58,533 nt of DNA from an uncultured Clostridia bacterium (GCA_944391785.1 CALXUX010000012.1:1-58533); one strand, 5' to 3'. Counted from the first letter of the stretch, positions 8,646 to 18,640 are shown. Notes: generated from the letters alone by a model not told the origin. Made by a program: numbers and translations.

Positions 8646-11267
8646 TTATGAGATTTTTTCTTTCATTTTTACCAAAGTATTCAAAGCATCAATAGGAGTT
8701 AATTCATTCAAATTAATTTTATCTATTTCATGAGCAATTTCTGCAAGTTTATAATTATACATATCAAATTGCCCTTCTAGTTTCTTTTTATCTTCTTTTT
8801 CTTCTTTTTTACCTGTTAAAATATTTTTTCGCTCTAAAGACCTTAAAATTTTATTTGCATTTTCTGTTACTTGTTTTGGAACTCCAGCTAAGCGAGCTAC
8901 ATGTATTCCATAACTTTCATCAGTGCCACCTCTTACAATTTTTCTTAAGAAAATTATATCTTCTCCTTTTTCTTTTACAGCTATAGAATAGTTTTTTACA
9001 CCTTCTGTTTTTTCTTCAAGTTCTGTTAGTTCGTGGTAATGTGTTGCAAATAAAGTTTTAGCACCACATTTTGATTTATCTGCTATATATTCTGCAACAG
9101 CCCATGCAATTGATAGTCCATCATATGTTGAAGTTCCTCTTCCTATTTCGTCTAGAATAACTAAACTATTGCTTGTTGCTTCTTTTAAAATTGTTGCAAC
9201 TTCCATCATTTCAACCATAAATGTACTTTGTCCCATACTTAAATCATCAGATGCTCCAACTCTTGTAAAAATCTTATCTACAACACCGATTTTTGCTTCT
9301 TTTGCAGGTACAAAACTTCCAACTTGTGCCATTAATGTAATTAGAGCAACTTGCCTCATATATGTAGATTTTCCTGCCATATTTGGACCTGTTATAATTG
9401 ATAACCTGTTTTCTTCTTTGTCTAGATATGTATCATTTTCAACAAACATTCCTTCACCTAGCATTTTTTCAATTACTGGGTGTCTTCCCTGCTTTATATC
9501 TATAATTCCAGAATTGTCCACTTGTGGCATACAATAATTCATATCTTCTGCAACTTGTGCAAATGAGGTTAGTACATCTAGTGTCGAAATTACATTTGCT
9601 GTTTTTTGTAGTCTTAATACATTTTTTGATATTTCTTCTCTTATTTGCACAAATGCATTGTATTCTAAATTAACTGCTTTTTCTTCTGCACCTAATATTT
9701 GGTTTTCTAAATTTTTTAGCTCCTCTGTTATGTATCTTTCCGCATTCGTTAAGGTTTGCTTTCTTATATATCTTTCTGGTACTTGGTCTAAATTTGATTT
9801 TGTAACTTCTATAAAATATCCAAATACTTTATTGAATCCTACTTTTAAATTTTTTATTCCTGTTTTTTCTTTTTCTTCTGCTTCTAGGTTTATTATCCAA
9901 TTCTTTCCTTCTGTTGTTGCTAATTTTAATTTATCAATTTCTTCATCATATCCGATTTTTATTATTCCACCTTCTTTTACAGTCATAGGAGGGTCTTCTA
10001 CTATTGATTTTTCTAATAGTTCATAAATATCTTGCAATTCGTCTAATTCAGAATACAAGTTTACAAGCATTTCTGCTTTGCATTCTGATAAAATCTTTTT
10101 TACTTCTGGAAGTTTAGTAAGTGAATTTTTTAGTGTTATCATATCTCTTGCATTTGCATTACCATATGCCATTTTTCCAGCTAGACGTTCTATATCATAT
10201 ACTTTTTTTAAATTTTCTATTATGTCTCCTCTTAAGATTATATTGTCTTTTAATTCTTTTACTGCATTTAATCTTAAATTTATCTCTTTTGTATCTATTA
10301 AAGGGTCACTTAGCCACCTTCTTAAATGTCTTGCTCCCATTGATGTTGATGTTTTGTCTAGAACCCAAAGAAGTGTTCCCTTTTTTGATTTGTCTCTCAT
10401 TTTTTCGGTTATTTCTAGGTTTCTTCTTGCATTTATATCTAAAGACATGTATTTTGATATTTTGTATAATGTTATTTTATTTATATGGTCTAAGTTTGTC
10501 ATTTGTGTTTGCTGTAGATACTCTATTAATGCATTTATTGCAGGGATTGCTAAAGTTTTTTCTTGCATGTTTTCTACTTGTTTTCCGTCTGTATCTAATA
10601 TATTAAATCTTAGATTCAAGTTTTCTAAGTTTGATGAGAAAAATTTATCTTCGAATTTTGTTATGTATGAAGTAAATCTTTCTTTAATTTTTGACATTTC
10701 ATCTTCGCAATTTGCAATATTAGAGTTTAGTACAAGTTCAGATGGTGTATATCTTGCGATTTCGTCTAGTAGAAGCGGAAAATTATTATTATCTTTAATT
10801 TCTGCTGAATAAAATTCTCCTGTTGAGATGTCACATACTCCTATTCCAAAATATATTCCTGCTTTATATATAGACATTATAAAATTATTTTTTCTTTCTT
10901 CTAGCATATTACTTTCTACAATTGTTCCTGGTGTTACTACTCTAATTACTCCTCTTTTTACAATGCCTTTTGCAGTTTTGGGGTCTTCTAATTGCTCACA
11001 TATTGCAACTTTGTAACCTTTGGCAATTAATCTTGATATATACATTTCTGCAGCATGGTGTGGAACTCCTGCCATAGGTGCTCTTTCTTCTTGTCCACAG
11101 TCTTTGCCTGTTAGTGTTATTTCTAATTCTCTTGCTGCAGTTATTGCATCATCAAAAAACATTTCGTAAAAGTCTCCTAGTCTATAGAATAATATGCAGT
11201 CTTTGTACTCTTCTTTTGTTTCTAGATATCTTTGCATCATTGGTGAAAAATTTTTATTTTCTTCCAT
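8646..11267 (-). CDS. mutS: DNA mismatch repair protein MutS
   Basis: MEENKNFSPMMQRYLETKEEYKDCILFYRLGDFYEMFFDDA..., Walker A GPNMAGKSTYMRQ, and STFMVEM...DEIGRGTSTYDG. The ORF track extends to 11300, but the conserved N-terminus starts at Met12. Confidence 0.95.
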   Translation of the reverse strand: MEENKNFSPMMQRYLETKEEYKDCILFYRLGDFYEMFFDDAITAARELEITLTGKDCGQEERAPMAGVPHHAAEMYISRLIAKGYKVAICEQLEDPKTAKGIVKRGVIRVVTPGTIVESNMLEERKNNFIMSIYKAGIYFGIGVCDISTGEFYSAEIKDNNNFPLLLDEIARYTPSELVLNSNIANCEDEMSKIKERFTSYITKFEDKFFSSNLENLNLRFNILDTDGKQVENMQEKTLAIPAINALIEYLQQTQMTNLDHINKITLYKISKYMSLDINARRNLEITEKMRDKSKKGTLLWVLDKTSTSMGARHLRRWLSDPLIDTKEINLRLNAVKELKDNIILRGDIIENLKKVYDIERLAGKMAYGNANARDMITLKNSLTKLPEVKKILSECKAEMLVNLYSELDELQDIYELLEKSIVEDPPMTVKEGGIIKIGYDEEIDKLKLATTEGKNWIINLEAEEKEKTGIKNLKVGFNKVFGYFIEVTKSNLDQVPERYIRKQTLTNAERYITEELKNLENQILGAEEKAVNLEYNAFVQIREEISKNVLRLQKTANVISTLDVLTSFAQVAEDMNYCMPQVDNSGIIDIKQGRHPVIEKMLGEGMFVENDTYLDKEENRLSIITGPNMAGKSTYMRQVALITLMAQVGSFVPAKEAKIGVVDKIFTRVGASDDLSMGQSTFMVEMMEVATILKEATSNSLVILDEIGRGTSTYDGLSIAWAVAEYIADKSKCGAKTLFATHYHELTELEEKTEGVKNYSIAVKEKGEDIIFLRKIVRGGTDESYGIHVARLAGVPKQVTENANKILRSLERKNILTGKKEEKEDKKKLEGQFDMYNYKLAEIAHEIDKINLNELTPIDALNTLVKMKEKIS

Positions 11268-11450
11268 AGTATGATTCCTTTCATTATCTTTCTTCTTCAT
11301 TTTCTACTTGTATTTTCTGTTTTTATTTTTTCGTATTCTTCGTACAATTGTTATTTCAATTTTTCCTATTGAGTTATACTTATTCTATTATTTGTTAATT
11401 TTTATATTTTTATATATCCAATTAACTTCCCATCTTTTATTTATTAAAAT

Positions 11451-12872
11451 TTAAGTTTTACTTACTTCTCCTTTTAAATACCACATATGTTCAGAAATTA
11501 TTTTAACTTCAATTATTTTACCTATTAAATTTTTATCTCCCTCAAATATAACAACTTTATTACTATCAGTTCTTCCAGTAAGCATTTCTTTGCTTGTTTT
11601 ACTTTCACCTTCTACTAGAATTTTTTGAATTGTATTTATATATTTTTGGTTATTTGCTTCTATTCCGCTTTCTACTAGTTTTTTTAATCTGTCAAATCTT
11701 TTATGCTTTATTTCTTCTGGTATTTGATTTTCCATTTTGTCTGCTGGCGTTCCTACTCTTCTTGAATAAATAAACATATATACTTGCTCAAAGTTAACTT
11801 TTCGTACCACATCTAGTGTATCTTCAAAATCTTCTTCTGTTTCGCCTGGGAAACCTACAATTATGTCTGTAGATATTGTTAAATTTGGAATTTGCTTTTT
11901 CATTTTTTCTACTAATTCTAGGTATCGGTCTTTTGTGTATTTTCTATTCATTTCTTTTAATACTTTTGAGCTACCTGATTGAAGTGGCAAATGTATTAAT
12001 TTACATATTTTTGGAGATGAACTAATTGCTTCTATTACATCATCTGTAAAATCTTTTGGATGTGGTGAAACAAATCTTATTCTTTCAATTCCTTCTATTT
12101 TAGTTATTTCTTTTAATAGTTTTGCAAAAGAATCTATTCCTTTATATTTTTCAAATTCAATGTTTTTTTCTCTTTCTACCCTTAAATATGAATTTACATT
12201 TTGCCCAAGTAGTGTTATTTCTTTATATCCGCTTTCTGCAAGTTCTTTTACTTCTTTTATAATATCTTTTGGGTTTCTGCTTCTTTCTCTTCCTCTTACA
12301 TATGGAACTATGCAATATGTGCAGAAATTATTGCATCCATTCATAATTGTTACAGATGCTTTTATTTTACTATCTCTTTTTATTGGGATATCTTCATAAA
12401 TTTTCCCTTCTATATCTATTATGTCTTCTTGTTTTTTCTTTTCTATTAACGCTTTATATAAATCTTCTGGAAATCTGTATAAAGTATGTGTTCCAAATAT
12501 AACATCAACAAAAGGATAGCTTTCTTTTATTTTGTCTGTTATATGTTTTTCTTGCATCATACAACCACCTATTGCAATTATGCTTCCTTTTTCTTCTTTT
12601 ACTTTTTTAAGTTCTCCTAATTTTCCAAATAGTTTGTCTTCTGCGTTTTCTCTTACACAACATGTGTTAAATAGTGCAAGATCTGCTTGTTTTATATCTT
12701 CTATTTTGCTATATCCCATTTGTTCAAGCATTCCAGATAATTTTTCTGAGTCATTTTCATTTAGCTGGCATCCCATTGTGAAAATGTTATATTTTAAATT
12801 TTTTCCTTGATTTAGTTTTCTTATTTTTTCAATATATTCTTTTTGTTTTTGTACATCTATTTGTGTGTTCAA
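11451..12872 (-). CDS. miaB: tRNA (N6-isopentenyl-A37) methylthiotransferase
   Basis: 473 aa. UPF0004 N-domain (FTMGCQLNENDSE...FNTCCVRE), radical SAM CNNFCTYCIVPYVRGRERS, and a C-terminal TRAM domain. Confidence 0.93.
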   Translation of the reverse strand: MNTQIDVQKQKEYIEKIRKLNQGKNLKYNIFTMGCQLNENDSEKLSGMLEQMGYSKIEDIKQADLALFNTCCVRENAEDKLFGKLGELKKVKEEKGSIIAIGGCMMQEKHITDKIKESYPFVDVIFGTHTLYRFPEDLYKALIEKKKQEDIIDIEGKIYEDIPIKRDSKIKASVTIMNGCNNFCTYCIVPYVRGRERSRNPKDIIKEVKELAESGYKEITLLGQNVNSYLRVEREKNIEFEKYKGIDSFAKLLKEITKIEGIERIRFVSPHPKDFTDDVIEAISSSPKICKLIHLPLQSGSSKVLKEMNRKYTKDRYLELVEKMKKQIPNLTISTDIIVGFPGETEEDFEDTLDVVRKVNFEQVYMFIYSRRVGTPADKMENQIPEEIKHKRFDRLKKLVESGIEANNQKYINTIQKILVEGESKTSKEMLTGRTDSNKVVIFEGDKNLIGKIIEVKIISEHMWYLKGEVSKT

Positions 12873-12918
12873 TTTTATTAACCTCCATTGTACGGCATGG
12901 TGAAATATTTGTTTTTTT

Positions 12919-13635
12919 CTAAATTTCTTCTCTGTCTTTTTCTTTTTCAGATAGCTTTTTGGTTACAGTGTTTGGTTCTATTTTTAAATCTTTGCCATAC
13001 CATTCTATATAAAATTCTTCTAAATATTCTTTTAATACTTTAGTTCTTTGCTTTGCTATAATTTTACCTGTATTTGTATTCATTAATTCTTCTATTTTGA
13101 GTAGTTTATCATAAAAATGATTAATACTTGTATTGGAACCTTTTTCTTTATACGTTTTTTCATCAACTGTTTCTAGTTTTTCGTTAAAAATTGGTATATT
13201 CTTTTTTCCTCCATATGCAAAAGTTCTTGCTATTCCTATTGCTCCGATTGCATCTAATCTATCTGCATCTTGAACTATTTTTCCTTCTTTTGACAACTGT
13301 TTTTTTTCATTAAAATTTGCACTAAAACCTAAATTTGCAGTATTATATATTATATTTTTAATACTATTTTCTGGTATACTTTCATAAACTTTTAAATCTT
13401 TTAGAGTTTGTTTTAAACTTTCTTCAGTATTGCCATCAAAAAATTTATGGTCATATAGATCATGTAATAATGCTATCATTGCTATTATAAAACTATCTGC
13501 TTGTTCTATTTCATTTATTGATAGAGCAGTGCTATATACTCTTTTTATATGCCACCAATCGTGCCCAGTGGATTCATTGTAAGTAAGATTTTTTATATAT
13601 GATATTGTTGATTCTATAATTTGTTTTTGGGTCAT
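12919..13635 (-). CDS. HD-domain phosphohydrolase (YedJ/YpgQ-like)
   Basis: GHDWWHIKRV...ALLHDLYDHK...VQDADRLDAIGAIGIARTFAYG, the H..HD..D metal-site pattern of the YpgQ/YedJ family. Confidence 0.8.
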   Translation of the reverse strand: MTQKQIIESTISYIKNLTYNESTGHDWWHIKRVYSTALSINEIEQADSFIIAMIALLHDLYDHKFFDGNTEESLKQTLKDLKVYESIPENSIKNIIYNTANLGFSANFNEKKQLSKEGKIVQDADRLDAIGAIGIARTFAYGGKKNIPIFNEKLETVDEKTYKEKGSNTSINHFYDKLLKIEELMNTNTGKIIAKQRTKVLKEYLEEFYIEWYGKDLKIEPNTVTKKLSEKEKDREEI

Positions 13636-13733
13636 TTTTTATTTAAAACTCCTTAAAATAAAATTAATTGGCATAGTTTAAATAATAAACTATGCTCAAA
13701 ATTTAATAAGATTACAAATTAACACAAATTACA

Positions 13734-14303
13734 TTAAAATGTTTTTATGTAATTTATAATTTCCTTCATTGTAATTTCTAATGGTTTCATAGTATCAAAC
13801 TCTCTATAGTCTAACTTTAATTTTTCAAGAACATATTTAATATTTATTTGTAATTTTTCATAAAAATTATAATATTGACTAATATCTTCTTCTGAATGTA
13901 ATTTTCTAGAACGTTCTAAAATTTTATATGGACTAGATTTAAGAAAAATGCAATGTATAGAATAAATATTGTTCTGCATACTAACATATTTAAAATATTC
14001 ATTCAATTGACATTCATGTATTCCTCTAGTAAGCATATATGCTAATGTTAATATATGCCAACTTTCCACAAAGATTATATTTGTGTTCCATATTCTTTCG
14101 TTATCTCTTTGTTGTTCCGCTTGTTTAACTATAGATTCAAAAGAAATATCTGCACTAGCACCAGCTTTTAATTTTTTTTGAACTCTTAATATTTCTGCAC
14201 ATTCTTCTTCAGTTATATAATTCAATTTTTCAAGTTGCTGTCTGATAGTAGTTTTTCCTGCTGAATGAATTCCGACTAATGGTACAAGTGTTTTTGTTTT
14301 CAT
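13734..14303 (-). CDS. small P-loop NTPase / nucleotide-kinase-like protein
   Basis: 189 aa. Walker A LVGIHSAGKTT at residues 9-19. The size and single-domain layout are kinase-like. No further family assignment is possible by eye. Confidence 0.6.
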   Translation of the reverse strand: MKTKTLVPLVGIHSAGKTTIRQQLEKLNYITEEECAEILRVQKKLKAGASADISFESIVKQAEQQRDNERIWNTNIIFVESWHILTLAYMLTRGIHECQLNEYFKYVSMQNNIYSIHCIFLKSSPYKILERSRKLHSEEDISQYYNFYEKLQINIKYVLEKLKLDYREFDTMKPLEITMKEIINYIKTF

Positions 14304-14376
14304 TTTTATCCTCCATTAAAAATTTTATATTAGTTCAAGCAAAGTAAATATTTACTTTGCTTGAATGTTATTAGAT

Positions 14377-15300
14377 TTAAAGGTAAATACATCTTAAATG
14401 TTGTTGACAAACTTCTCTTGAAACTCGTCTTTTTGCAAGTTTCATTTTCATTTCTAAAACATCTAAATTTCTTTCTTTTATCTCTTCCCAGAAATCAATA
14501 TTTTCATTGCCTAACCTGCAAAGAGGAAATGTTGCATTGTAATTAACATATAAGTCATGATTTGCTCTGCAATATAATATTGGATCATTTTGAAGGATTG
14601 CTTTTGCACATGTACATTGTGTTAAAAAAACTTGAGTATTTTCTCTTTTAAAAAGTTCTGTTCTTTGATTTGTTTTTATATAAGTAAAACCTAGCATCTG
14701 CAATTCTTCTTTTAAGGTTTCAACGCTTATACAATCTTCCTGGTTGTTAGGAAATAATTCGGTACATTTTATTGAAGCATTTATTGTTGTTGCAAAAGTA
14801 ATTAAGTTAACTAGTTCTTCTTTATCCCAACTCTGATTTTTACATGGAGTAACATTTAAACGAATTTCAAGTTCAGGGTATAAATTTCTAATATGTTTTA
14901 AATTTTCTTTTACAACACTCAATTTTTCTGCTTCTCTATTTACTATTTGACTATACATATCCTGATTCATTGTATGAATTGAAACATTAACCCTTTTTAC
15001 ATATTTCATTGACTTCAAATGTAAATGCAGTAAAGAGCCATTTGTGACTAATGTAATATTTGCTTTTTCTTCAAAGAGCCGTTTTAATAATATATCAATA
15101 TTACGAAATAGTAATGGTTCTCCTCCAGATATAGTTACACCGTTCCATTTTTCCATACTGGAATATAATTTAAATAATATAATATAATCTTCTATTAACA
15201 ATCTATGTTTCCGTGTAACACTGTTCACTCCTTCCATATGGCAAAAATAGCAATCATAATTGCAAGCATTTGTTACTAAAAATCTAATATCATTTTTCAT
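14377..15300 (-). CDS. radical SAM enzyme, divergent MoaA-like
   Basis: 307 aa. CNYDCYFC (CX3CX2C) at residues 13-20, SGGEPLL, ITLVTNGSLL, RVNVSIH, and a C-terminal Cys cluster QCTCAKA...YCRANHDLYVNYNATFPLCRLG reminiscent of the MoaA auxiliary cluster. Two in-frame CGG codons. Confidence 0.75.
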   Translation of the reverse strand: MKNDIRFLVTNACNYDCYFCHMEGVNSVTRKHRLLIEDYIILFKLYSSMEKWNGVTISGGEPLLFRNIDILLKRLFEEKANITLVTNGSLLHLHLKSMKYVKRVNVSIHTMNQDMYSQIVNREAEKLSVVKENLKHIRNLYPELEIRLNVTPCKNQSWDKEELVNLITFATTINASIKCTELFPNNQEDCISVETLKEELQMLGFTYIKTNQRTELFKRENTQVFLTQCTCAKAILQNDPILYCRANHDLYVNYNATFPLCRLGNENIDFWEEIKERNLDVLEMKMKLAKRRVSREVCQQHLRCIYL

Positions 15301-15417
15301 ACTTTACCTCCTATAATAATATAAAGTAATATAAAAATTAGTATTTACTCCTTAATCTAGTTAATTTTATCATTTTTTACAAATTATGTCAATTAATTAA
15401 ACATATTTTATACAAGA

Positions 15418-16152
15418 TTAATAAAGCTCTGTTTTTTGATCTTTTCCAATATATGTCCCTATTAGTTCTCCATTACATATTTTGCTAATAGCATCTTTTT
15501 CATCAAAATCAAATACATATAATGGCATTTTGTAATCTCTCGCTAAAACAAATGCAGACTGATCTGCAACTTGCAAATTATTACTGATAACATCATCATA
15601 GTCTATATATTTATATCTTTTAGCATCTGGATTTTTTCTTGGATCTGCTGTATAAACTCCATTTGTTCCACTTTTGGCCATTAAAACAATATCTGCATCT
15701 ATTTCAATTGCTCTTTGAACAGCTGGATAATCTGTTGTAACAAATGGTTGCCCTAATCCACCTCCAAAAATTATAATTCTTCCTTTATCTAAATGTTTTT
15801 TTGCTTTTAGTCTTATATAAGGCTCAGCAACAGATGGCACTGAGATTGAAGTCATTACTCTTATATCTTCATTTATTTTAGAAGATAATGCTCCTCTTAG
15901 CATTAAACTATTTATAATAGTCGCCATCATTCCAATATTGTCAGCTTCTACTCTTTCAATATTCCATTCTTCTGCAGTTCTACCTCTAAAAATATTTCCT
16001 CCTCCAACAAGAATAGCAATTTCTATTCCTTTACTTTTAGCATCGATTATTTGATTTGTAATAGCTTCTAATTTTTCTTTATCAAAATTTTCATTATTTT
16101 TCCCACTTAATGCTCCTCCACTTAGTTTTAAAAGAATTCTCTTATACTTCAT
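15418..16152 (-). CDS. pyrH: UMP kinase
   Basis: MKYKRILLKLSGGAL...AILVGGGNIFRG...TTDYPAVQRAIEIDADIVLMAKSGTNGVYTADP. Amino-acid kinase fold typical of PyrH. Confidence 0.9.
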   Translation of the reverse strand: MKYKRILLKLSGGALSGKNNENFDKEKLEAITNQIIDAKSKGIEIAILVGGGNIFRGRTAEEWNIERVEADNIGMMATIINSLMLRGALSSKINEDIRVMTSISVPSVAEPYIRLKAKKHLDKGRIIIFGGGLGQPFVTTDYPAVQRAIEIDADIVLMAKSGTNGVYTADPRKNPDAKRYKYIDYDDVISNNLQVADQSAFVLARDYKMPLYVFDFDEKDAISKICNGELIGTYIGKDQKTELY

Positions 16153-16313
16153 ATCATATTCCTCCTAATTTTAACTTTTTTATTTGTCAAATTATATCAC
16201 AAATTTTTATAATTAGATACATTTTTTTAATTTTTTTTGATTAATATAAGACTGATTCCATTTAACCAAAAAATTACCCAAGGATATTTTCCCCTGAGTA
16301 ACTTATTTTTTGA

Positions 16314-16517
16314 CTATGCAAGTCCATATTTCTTTTTGAATTTATCAGCTCTTCCTCCGGCTGTTTCTTGTCTTAAATTTCCAGTCCAGAATGGATGACA
16401 TTTTGAACATACGTCTACTTTTATATCTTTTTTTGTTGATCCTACTTCTAAAACATTACCACATGCACAAGTGATTGTTGTTTCAGCATTGTAGTTTGGA
16501 TGTATTCCTTCTTTCAT
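16314..16517 (-). CDS. rpmE: 50S ribosomal protein L31 (zinc-binding type A)
   Basis: MKEGIHPNY...CACGN...[20 protein letters not shown] upstream of Met4 of the tracked ORF. Confidence 0.93.
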   Translation of the reverse strand: MKEGIHPNYNAETTITCACGNVLEVGSTKKDIKVDVCSKCHPFWTGNLRQETAGGRADKFKKKYGLA

Positions 16518-16654
16518 TCTTTTCACCTCTTTTTTTCTTTTTTAACTTGACTGTTTTTTATCATAACATATTTTTTATTTTTTTTCAAGTGTTATATTCT
16601 TTATTTTTTTCTTTATTTTTTTATTTAATTTATTTTGCTTGATTTTTGCTGTTT

Positions 16655-16849
16655 TTATTCTTGGTTTTCTACTTGACTTGCTCCTTGATTTTCTTCTTGA
16701 CTTTCTTCTTGATGTTGCATAACATATAGTGCTGAAGATAGCATTTCTCCGTTTAGTGATAGTTTGTGTACTAATTTGCTCATAACATTGAAAACACAAG
16801 CGATTATTAATATTATTAAACCTATTTTCTTCCAATATTTTGCAAGCAT
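16655..16849 (-). CDS. small membrane protein (64 aa)
   Basis: AGGAGAAAAGAT precedes the ATG. One TM helix (IGLIILIIACVF) and an acidic Q/E-rich tail. Preferred over the overlapping K/R-rich ORF 16575..16835, which has no RBS. Confidence 0.45.
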   Translation of the reverse strand: MLAKYWKKIGLIILIIACVFNVMSKLVHKLSLNGEMLSSALYVMQHQEESQEENQGASQVENQE

Positions 16850-16957
16850 ATCTTTTCTCCTTTTTTATATATTACATATATATTATACTTTTATTTTATA
16901 AGAATGTCAACCTGTTTTTTTGTGTTATTTTCTAGTTTTTTAGTGTTATCCCTAATA

Positions 16958-17987
16958 TTATTTTTCAGTATTAATTTGAATTTGATTTCCATCACATATT
17001 ATTTCAATTGTTCCTGAATCTTTAGTTTGATAGATTTTTGCTCCTATATTTTTAAGCCTTTTTATGATAGCGTCATCTGGGTGCCCATATGAGTTATCCT
17101 GTCCAACTGATATTACTGCTATTTCAGGTTTTATTTGATTTAAAAATTCTTGTGATGTGCTAGTTGCAGAGCCGTGATGACCTACTTTTAATACGTTAGC
17201 TTTGAGCCAGCTTCTTGTTTCTTCATTTTCTTTTTCTGCATCTCCCATAAATAAGAAATTTTTATTTCCATATGTTATTTGGCAGGCAAGAGATGATAAA
17301 TTTAAATTATCTTTTTCTAAAATTGGGTCTAGCATGAATTCACATTTTGCATCTCCAAGGTAAATGAAGTCTCCTTTTTTGGCTTCAGAAATTTTTAAGT
17401 TTTTATTTTCTATAGCATCTAATACATCTTCAAATGTTTTTGTATTTGTTGTTATTTGTGGCAGATATATATTTTCAACATCTATATTATTTATAACATC
17501 GTCTAGTCCGCCTATATGGTCTTCGTGTGGATGTGTGCCTATTACGTATTTAAGTTTTGTTATTCCTTTTTCTTTAATAAAATTTACAATCATTTCTCCA
17601 TCTGCATTATTTCCTGCATCTATTAGCATGGATTCGTTTTTGTTTGTAATTAATATGCTATCTGCTTGGCCAACATCAATAAAATCAATAATTAAATTTT
17701 CTCCTGGTGTCAGATTTTCTGGGTTATTTTCTTGGTTTTGTGTATTTGAATTAGATGTGTCTTTTTGGTTTGAGTTTTCTGTATTTTGAGCATTGTTTTC
17801 AGATTCTACACTTTCTTGAGTTAATATATTAATACCTGTAATTTTACTGATTTCTTCTGCTAACCCGAGAGTTACTTCCGAAAATTGCTAATGCTAAAAT
17901 TATAATTACTGCAAAAATTATACTACATATTTTTTTGGTTTTGTTTGTTTGATTTCTTTTGATTCTTTTGTTTCCTTTTTTTGGCAC
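16958..17987 (-). CDS. membrane-anchored MBL-fold hydrolase (ComEC C-terminal-domain-like), interrupted by an apparent +1 frameshift
   Basis: GTG 17987 (GGGGG RBS 9 nt upstream) gives MPKKGNKRIKRNQTNKTKKICSIIFAVIIILALAIF, which stops at 17846..17844. The +1 frame opens at 17887 and runs without stops through ...DFIDVGQADSILI...MLIDAG...GTHPHEDHIGG...VGHHGS. Both frames are open over 17847..17887. Confidence 0.7.
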
Positions 17988-18031
17988 TTTCTTTTTCCCC
18001 CATATTCTACATAATGATTACATATAGTAAG

Positions 18032-18155
18032 ACTATGCTTGCAACCTAAAAATTTTGTTTTTATTCCAGTTTTGGACTATAATAGCACACGGCAAACTAT
18101 GTCTGCAATCAATAAATATTGTTTTTAATTACAGTTTTTTTACTGTAATAGCATA
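18032..18155. repeat. about 60-bp tandem direct repeat, 2 copies
   Basis: gactatgcttgcaacctaaaaattttgtttttattccagttttggactataatagcaca versus aactatgtctgcaatcaataaatattgtttttaattacagtttttttactgtaatagcata, aligned by eye. Intergenic, between the DUF3006-like gene and the MBL gene. Confidence 0.6.
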
Positions 18156-18186
18156 TTTATTTTGTTATTTTGCAATTTTTCTTGCA

Positions 18187-18549
18187 TTATTTTTCCCATA
18201 AATTATTAAATTTTTCTTGTATGTTTTTTTCTACTTCTTTAGTCCTACTTTCATCTAAAATGAATTTGCCATTGATACATTTTAAAACACTTCCTTCTTC
18301 TAAATTTTCTGGAAGTTTTTGTTTTTCTATATTTTTTATTTCGCCAGTTTTTCTGTTTTCTAAAACTGCTATGTTTCCTTCGAATCTATCTAAAGTATAT
18401 TCTTCAATTGCATCTAATTTTTTTGCTAATTCTATTTCAGATTCATTTATATTGCTACTTTGTTTTAAATTTTCACTTTTTTGAATTAAGATTTGTGTAT
18501 TTTCTATGAAATTTTCTATGCTTTCGCCTAAATTTTCTAAAATGTTCAT
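18187..18549 (-). CDS. DUF3006-like small protein
   Basis: The C-terminal part YTLDRFEGNIAVLENRKTGEIKNIEKQKLPENLEEGSVLKCINGKFILDE matches the DUF3006 pattern. From memory, this family often neighbours ComEC-type MBL genes, as it does here. Confidence 0.65.
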   Translation of the reverse strand: MNILENLGESIENFIENTQILIQKSENLKQSSNINESEIELAKKLDAIEEYTLDRFEGNIAVLENRKTGEIKNIEKQKLPENLEEGSVLKCINGKFILDESRTKEVEKNIQEKFNNLWEK

Positions 18550-18640
18550 TTCGCTCCTTTCTAATAATCTTAACCTTGTTAGTATATTATCAGATTACTT
18601 CTATTTTTTCAATGGTTAATTTTAAAAATTTCCACATATA

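Noticed and set aside
9169-10812. Plus-strand ORFs inside mutS, up to 244 aa (for example 10078..10812)
   Set aside because: Low-complexity F/S/L-rich translations with no RBS, lying antisense to a clearly conserved gene. The same reasoning applies to the plus-strand ORFs inside uvrA, argS, cysS, infB, nusA, secD, nrnA and spoIVB.
14377-15300. Calling the radical SAM gene a bona fide moaA or a prokaryotic viperin
   Set aside because: The scaffold is MoaA-like but the auxiliary-cluster spacing is atypical, and no Moco genes are nearby. It lacks the viperin C-terminal region as far as I can judge by eye. I therefore left it as a divergent MoaA-like enzyme of unknown function.
16575-16835. 86-aa K/R/S-rich ORF overlapping 16655..16849
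   Set aside because: No RBS and repetitive basic low complexity. The alternative frame has a good RBS and a TM helix.
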